Shown here piece by piece: positions 60,055 through 64,000 of a stretch of DNA of 64,000 nucleotides. The translations under genes were made by a program, and so were the position numbers. The first letter of the stretch is position 1, and each line of letters opens with the position of its first letter. Source of the DNA: a virus (lineage: Duplodnaviria; Heunggongvirae; Uroviricota; Caudoviricetes); the IMG/VR virus record IMGVR_UViG_3300042879_003909, positions 15,772-79,771 of that record. The stretch is one strand, 5' to 3'. The notes beneath the pieces are model-generated. The model made no database searches. It was not told the origin of the DNA and was given only the letters and a program-made list of their open reading frames with translations.

Positions 60055-63000
60055 GTGTTAATGTACCTGCCGCACCAATGCTGTTTGGTGCATATGTCGA
60101 AAGTATTTCTGCTAGCGCCGGATATGGTGCTGATGGCGGCTCTTGTCAAATGTCGCTGGTTTTTGAAAATGACGGGCCATTAAGACCATACGACCTAGAA
60201 TCCAATTTTCCAGAGCTTGGAACAGCAGTTGGTATTAAGTGGGGCGAATTTGAATTTGGCGGAATCCTACAAAGATTTACTCATAAAAGATCTTTAGATG
60301 GTTATAGATATGATGTTATTCTAGAATCTCCTTCAAAATGGCTAGATGGAATTCAAATTATTTTAGATGGTTTTCAGGGGACTACTTTCCCGCCGGTTGG
60401 TCACACTCACCCACAAGAAAACAACTTTTTGCCAGCAAATAAATTTTCTACCGAGCTTAATTACATATTTACAAATAATATTAATAATGTTTGGAATCCA
60501 TTTGCCGTTTTAGAAAATTATCAATATGGCGGAAACTTTGGTGCGTCTGACACAAATTCTGCTGGCTTTCCTGCTATAAGATTATTGCAATTAATAGAAG
60601 AGATTTCTCGCGGTGAACACCCATTTGGCGGCAGGGCTGTTTTTGGAGAATCCGAATACGAAGTCGATCTATCGGAATTAATACCAATTGTTCCAGAGTT
60701 TTTTAGAGTACAAGGTAGCCCTAGTCAATCTTTAAATTCCATTATTCAAGAATGTTGCGAAATTGCTACTCATGATTATATTGTTTTTGTTGAGCCTAAA
60801 ACTGGGGCAATGCCTAATGGAGTTATACGAAGACCTGTAATTAAGGTTAAGGTAATAGATAAAAGATTACCACCCGATCCAGATACCATAAAGAAGATGG
60901 TAAATCAGTATGAAAGAGAACAAAAATTAGTTTCCGCCGATTTCGGAAAAGAATTTTCTGACGTAGTAACCCAAAAAATGGTAATAGGTGCTCCTGCAAC
61001 TAGACATTGTATGTCGTCGCCCTACAACTTTTATCCTATTTGGGGCAAGACTTCTGGAATAAGACCACAATATATTATTGGAAACCAAACTGTTGCTTCT
61101 GGCGGCATGGATATGTTTGCTTCCGTTCAAGTCCCACTGAATAGTGGTGCTATCTATAATGCTACTGTTTTAGAAGTTAGATGTGCCATGTCTTCTTTTG
61201 AAACTTGGATTTTATATAAAGCCTTAATGGGCGATCCAGAAATGGCAAAATTTTCTAAAATAAGAATTGATGATTATGCTATTCAGGGATTAATTAGCGG
61301 TAGATTAACGGCCCAAAATTTGTTTAATACAAAAGAAGATTCCAAAGAAGTCTATCAACCATATTATCAAAATCAAAATCCATATGAAGAGATTCAAAAA
61401 ATTTATGACGCAATTAAATCTTGCGGAGACGGATTTTATGGCAAAAAGTTTTTAGTTCCATTACCGTTTGAGCCGGGCGGAATAGATAATAATATCAAGT
61501 TTTTAAGTGAAGATCAGTCTTATATTACATCATGGCAAATATCTCAATCTGCTTGGGTAGACAATAAGCCGTTTAGCGATATATCATTTTATGATTCAGA
61601 TGGTAAGCTGAAAGCTGTAGCATCTTGGCTAGTTAGTAACAGCTTCGATTATTCTGATTTGGGCAATAGATATGCTTTCGGGATGGGTGGCTTAGGAACA
61701 GATAGTATCGAGGTCGAGACCGATATTTATTGGTATGTTTTGGGCCCTATTGCTTTGCCATACTGCGTAGTTACTGTGCCGGGCGTATTACATTTTGATG
61801 AATATACGACAGATAAACTTGGGGCCTCTTATTTATTAAAACTAATAAGAAATATTAATATAGATCCGGGCTTAATGCTTGGTTTTGGGGCTGATGATGG
61901 CGCTGGTGCATATGCTATATCTCCTGCTAGACAAGCCCCAATGATTATTAGTGTGCCCCAAGAAAGTAATCGTTATAATTGGGGCCCGTGGTGGAAGTAC
62001 AGTAGCAAAAAAGGAAAGGCCGAAGTAACGTCTGATCCCAGCTTAGCCCCTGAAACGTTTGGAAGTTCTTTCTTGCTTAATTCTATTGGATATGACTATG
62101 CTTATGTTAGTGATGCTAATGTCTCCGGAAATGAGTCTGGATATGTTGAAGTAGCTGAAGTGCCAGCCTATAACTTATCAGAAAGATTCGCTGTATCCGG
62201 GCCGTATGTTAGCAACATGGATATATCTGTTGGGGTCGATGGCGTAAAGACAACATATAAATTTAACAGTTGGACGCCGCAGTTTGGAAAATTGACAAAA
62301 TATAACGCCGACAGAATATCTCGCATCAATAAAAATCATATAAAATTCTTGCAGGATCAAAGGCAGAAATTCTTTAAGCCGCCTCTGCCCCAAAAAACAG
62401 TAATGGATATCCTAAAAAGCAAATTTATTCCAACGCTTGCTGGAGCGCCATCATTGATTATGGCTGTTAATCTTGATCTTATAGATGGAAAAAGACCTGT
62501 CGCTGTAGCACCATGCCATCATCAGCAGGCAAATATCGTTGGAGCTAATCCAAAAATTCAACCTTATGGTTGTACACAGGAACAAATTTTTACTCCGTGC
62601 ATACTTCAAAAACCAAAAGACGCCGATCCAAAATCATTAAATCCATATTTTTCTTTTGAGGATACTGATTTTACCCATGTTGTTTGTAAAGGTAATGGCG
62701 TAAATAGTACAGACTTTCAGGAGCACAAAGACAAGGTTACAGAAGTTAGAACTATAGGTTTAAGGGGACCAATTTTATTATCTGGTTGGGGATATGATAT
62801 TTCCGGAAATCCTGTTCCGGCTAAACAAGGTAGTACAACTGAATTTCATGAAAACACTGCCACAGATAGAAGTCTTTGGAAAACTGGGCCCATTGACTTA
62901 AAATGGGACGACTCTAGAAAAATGTGGGTTGCTGGAGGATTATCAATAATAGAAGGTATATTAACAACAGATATTGCCGCCCCAGATAATCCATTTGATG

Positions 63001-63197
63001 ATTCTAGATCTTTTACTATAGAAAAATATAAAAAAAATAGCAATGGTACATGGGCGTCTGATGGATCGGAAACAATTATTAATAGAGATCCATTTTTATC
63101 CTTAACATTAAATGCAAATAACACTGGAAAAATTTTAGTTATAGCTATTAAAATTAATAATGAATGGCGACCAGTATGGGTTAGCTGTCCCTCTTAG
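60051..63197 (+). CDS. Tail tip/baseplate hub-like protein (inferred)
   Basis: 1048 aa; synteny after distal tail gene. Confidence 0.5.
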   Translation: MSVNVPAAPMLFGAYVESISASAGYGADGGSCQMSLVFENDGPLRPYDLESNFPELGTAVGIKWGEFEFGGILQRFTHKRSLDGYRYDVILESPSKWLDGIQIILDGFQGTTFPPVGHTHPQENNFLPANKFSTELNYIFTNNINNVWNPFAVLENYQYGGNFGASDTNSAGFPAIRLLQLIEEISRGEHPFGGRAVFGESEYEVDLSELIPIVPEFFRVQGSPSQSLNSIIQECCEIATHDYIVFVEPKTGAMPNGVIRRPVIKVKVIDKRLPPDPDTIKKMVNQYEREQKLVSADFGKEFSDVVTQKMVIGAPATRHCMSSPYNFYPIWGKTSGIRPQYIIGNQTVASGGMDMFASVQVPLNSGAIYNATVLEVRCAMSSFETWILYKALMGDPEMAKFSKIRIDDYAIQGLISGRLTAQNLFNTKEDSKEVYQPYYQNQNPYEEIQKIYDAIKSCGDGFYGKKFLVPLPFEPGGIDNNIKFLSEDQSYITSWQISQSAWVDNKPFSDISFYDSDGKLKAVASWLVSNSFDYSDLGNRYAFGMGGLGTDSIEVETDIYWYVLGPIALPYCVVTVPGVLHFDEYTTDKLGASYLLKLIRNINIDPGLMLGFGADDGAGAYAISPARQAPMIISVPQESNRYNWGPWWKYSSKKGKAEVTSDPSLAPETFGSSFLLNSIGYDYAYVSDANVSGNESGYVEVAEVPAYNLSERFAVSGPYVSNMDISVGVDGVKTTYKFNSWTPQFGKLTKYNADRISRINKNHIKFLQDQRQKFFKPPLPQKTVMDILKSKFIPTLAGAPSLIMAVNLDLIDGKRPVAVAPCHHQQANIVGANPKIQPYGCTQEQIFTPCILQKPKDADPKSLNPYFSFEDTDFTHVVCKGNGVNSTDFQEHKDKVTEVRTIGLRGPILLSGWGYDISGNPVPAKQGSTTEFHENTATDRSLWKTGPIDLKWDDSRKMWVAGGLSIIEGILTTDIAAPDNPFDDSRSFTIEKYKKNSNGTWASDGSETIINRDPFLSLTLNANNTGKILVIAIKINNEWRPVWVSCPS

Positions 63198-63206
63198 GAG
63201 AACTCA

Positions 63207-64000
63207 ATGGGAAGAACATGTTATTGCTGCGATAAAAAAGAAACCCAAGAATGTACTATATGTTATCAGAGAGATTATCCAGACATTCCAGAAAATTTTA
63301 GTAAAACTAAATTTATTATTTCTGGATTTGAAGATTATAATATAGATTCTACATACTCTGGGCCATTTTATTCATCTGCAAAAACAAGATTAGAAATAGA
63401 TCCAAGAGATCTTTATGGTAGAAAGCAATATGCCTTTTTTGGTAATGCTTCTTTTAGATATTATGTTAGTGTTTCTGGGCTAAATCAATTAAATACTACA
63501 GTAGAATTTGAACGATCTGGAAATAAGTTCGTACCAAAAGAAAAAACTAAATTACTTGGAGAAATAATAGTTACAACATTTGTTGAAACATCTATTTCTG
63601 GCGATGGATATGCTTTATTTGACGATTTCCCATGCGACGTTGGATGCGGAAACTTTTATTGTGATTGTTCTCTTGTAAATACTTTTGGATGCTCTAAAAA
63701 CTGTGATCCTACCGAAGAATGTGAGCCAATATCGTCTGGCCCATTTCTCTCAATAAATTCCGCTTACCAGTGCTTATCACGCGCCAGCATTCCGTCCGAA
63801 TGGGGAGGAAAAATAGGAGCTATCGCTAGATATGACATATATTTAATTATAAATGAATATTCTTGTGATACTGGAAAAGATAGTTCTATGTTTCCTTATG
63901 GAGATCTCTGTTATAATAGAAACAATAATTTGATTCAGGGCCATATGCCCATGATAAATACGCTTCAGGGGTTTGGAGGATATGGATTTTCACAATTTCC
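63207..64000 (+). CDS. Cys-rich protein, truncated by window edge (not in ORF track)
   Basis: AGGAG RBS, ATG 63207, MGRTCYCCDKKETQECTIC...; read by hand, open to the end of the window. Confidence 0.75.
   Translation, partial: MGRTCYCCDKKETQECTICYQRDYPDIPENFSKTKFIISGFEDYNIDSTYSGPFYSSAKTRLEIDPRDLYGRKQYAFFGNASFRYYVSVSGLNQLNTTVEFERSGNKFVPKEKTKLLGEIIVTTFVETSISGDGYALFDDFPCDVGCGNFYCDCSLVNTFGCSKNCDPTEECEPISSGPFLSINSAYQCLSRASIPSEWGGKIGAIARYDIYLIINEYSCDTGKDSSMFPYGDLCYNRNNNLIQGHMPMINTLQGFGGYGFSQF

Noticed and set aside
13106-62393. Many minus-strand ORFs opposite the structural genes
   Set aside because: Antisense shadows of long plus-strand genes with no RBS or recognisable motifs.
9714-63197. Stop-codon reassignment
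   Set aside because: Genes up to 2604 codons are open in the standard code, and TAA, TAG and TGA all end genes with tight coupling.

Overview
A 64 kb piece of a large, AT-rich tailed phage genome (Caudoviricetes). It is probably siphovirus-like, because no tail-sheath gene is recognisable. No tRNA, rRNA, CRISPR array, integrase or reverse transcriptase was found. There are three zones. (1) 1-7.9 kb is a minus-strand 'early' island of about 24 small ORFs, several missing from the supplied ORF track. It carries 14 near-consensus sigma70 promoters with a shared CGATA spacer element, a shared ACACAAAGG leader, six GC-rich multi-hairpin elements placed right after stop codons, two duplicated blocks with a perfect antisense sigma54 box, and three acidic paralogues sharing an FExxQ[CS]DE motif. 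(2) 7.9-20.3 kb holds a palindrome-rich junction (possible genome end), a GIY-YIG+HNH fusion nuclease, an McrA-like HNH, a sigma-factor-like gene, gmd, HNH, ERCC4 nuclease, large terminase, portal, protease/scaffold, decoration protein and major capsid. (3) 20.3-64 kb holds about 19 kb of mosaic fibre/adhesin genes with six LamG paralogues, then neck and tail genes, a 2604-aa tape measure protein with two embedded PD-(D/E)xK-like segments, and tail-tip genes. Window-wide signals are a T-rich GTGTA motif in the gaps before late genes and a strong excess of GGCCCGG/CCSGG. All functional calls come from motif recognition by eye; no database search was run.
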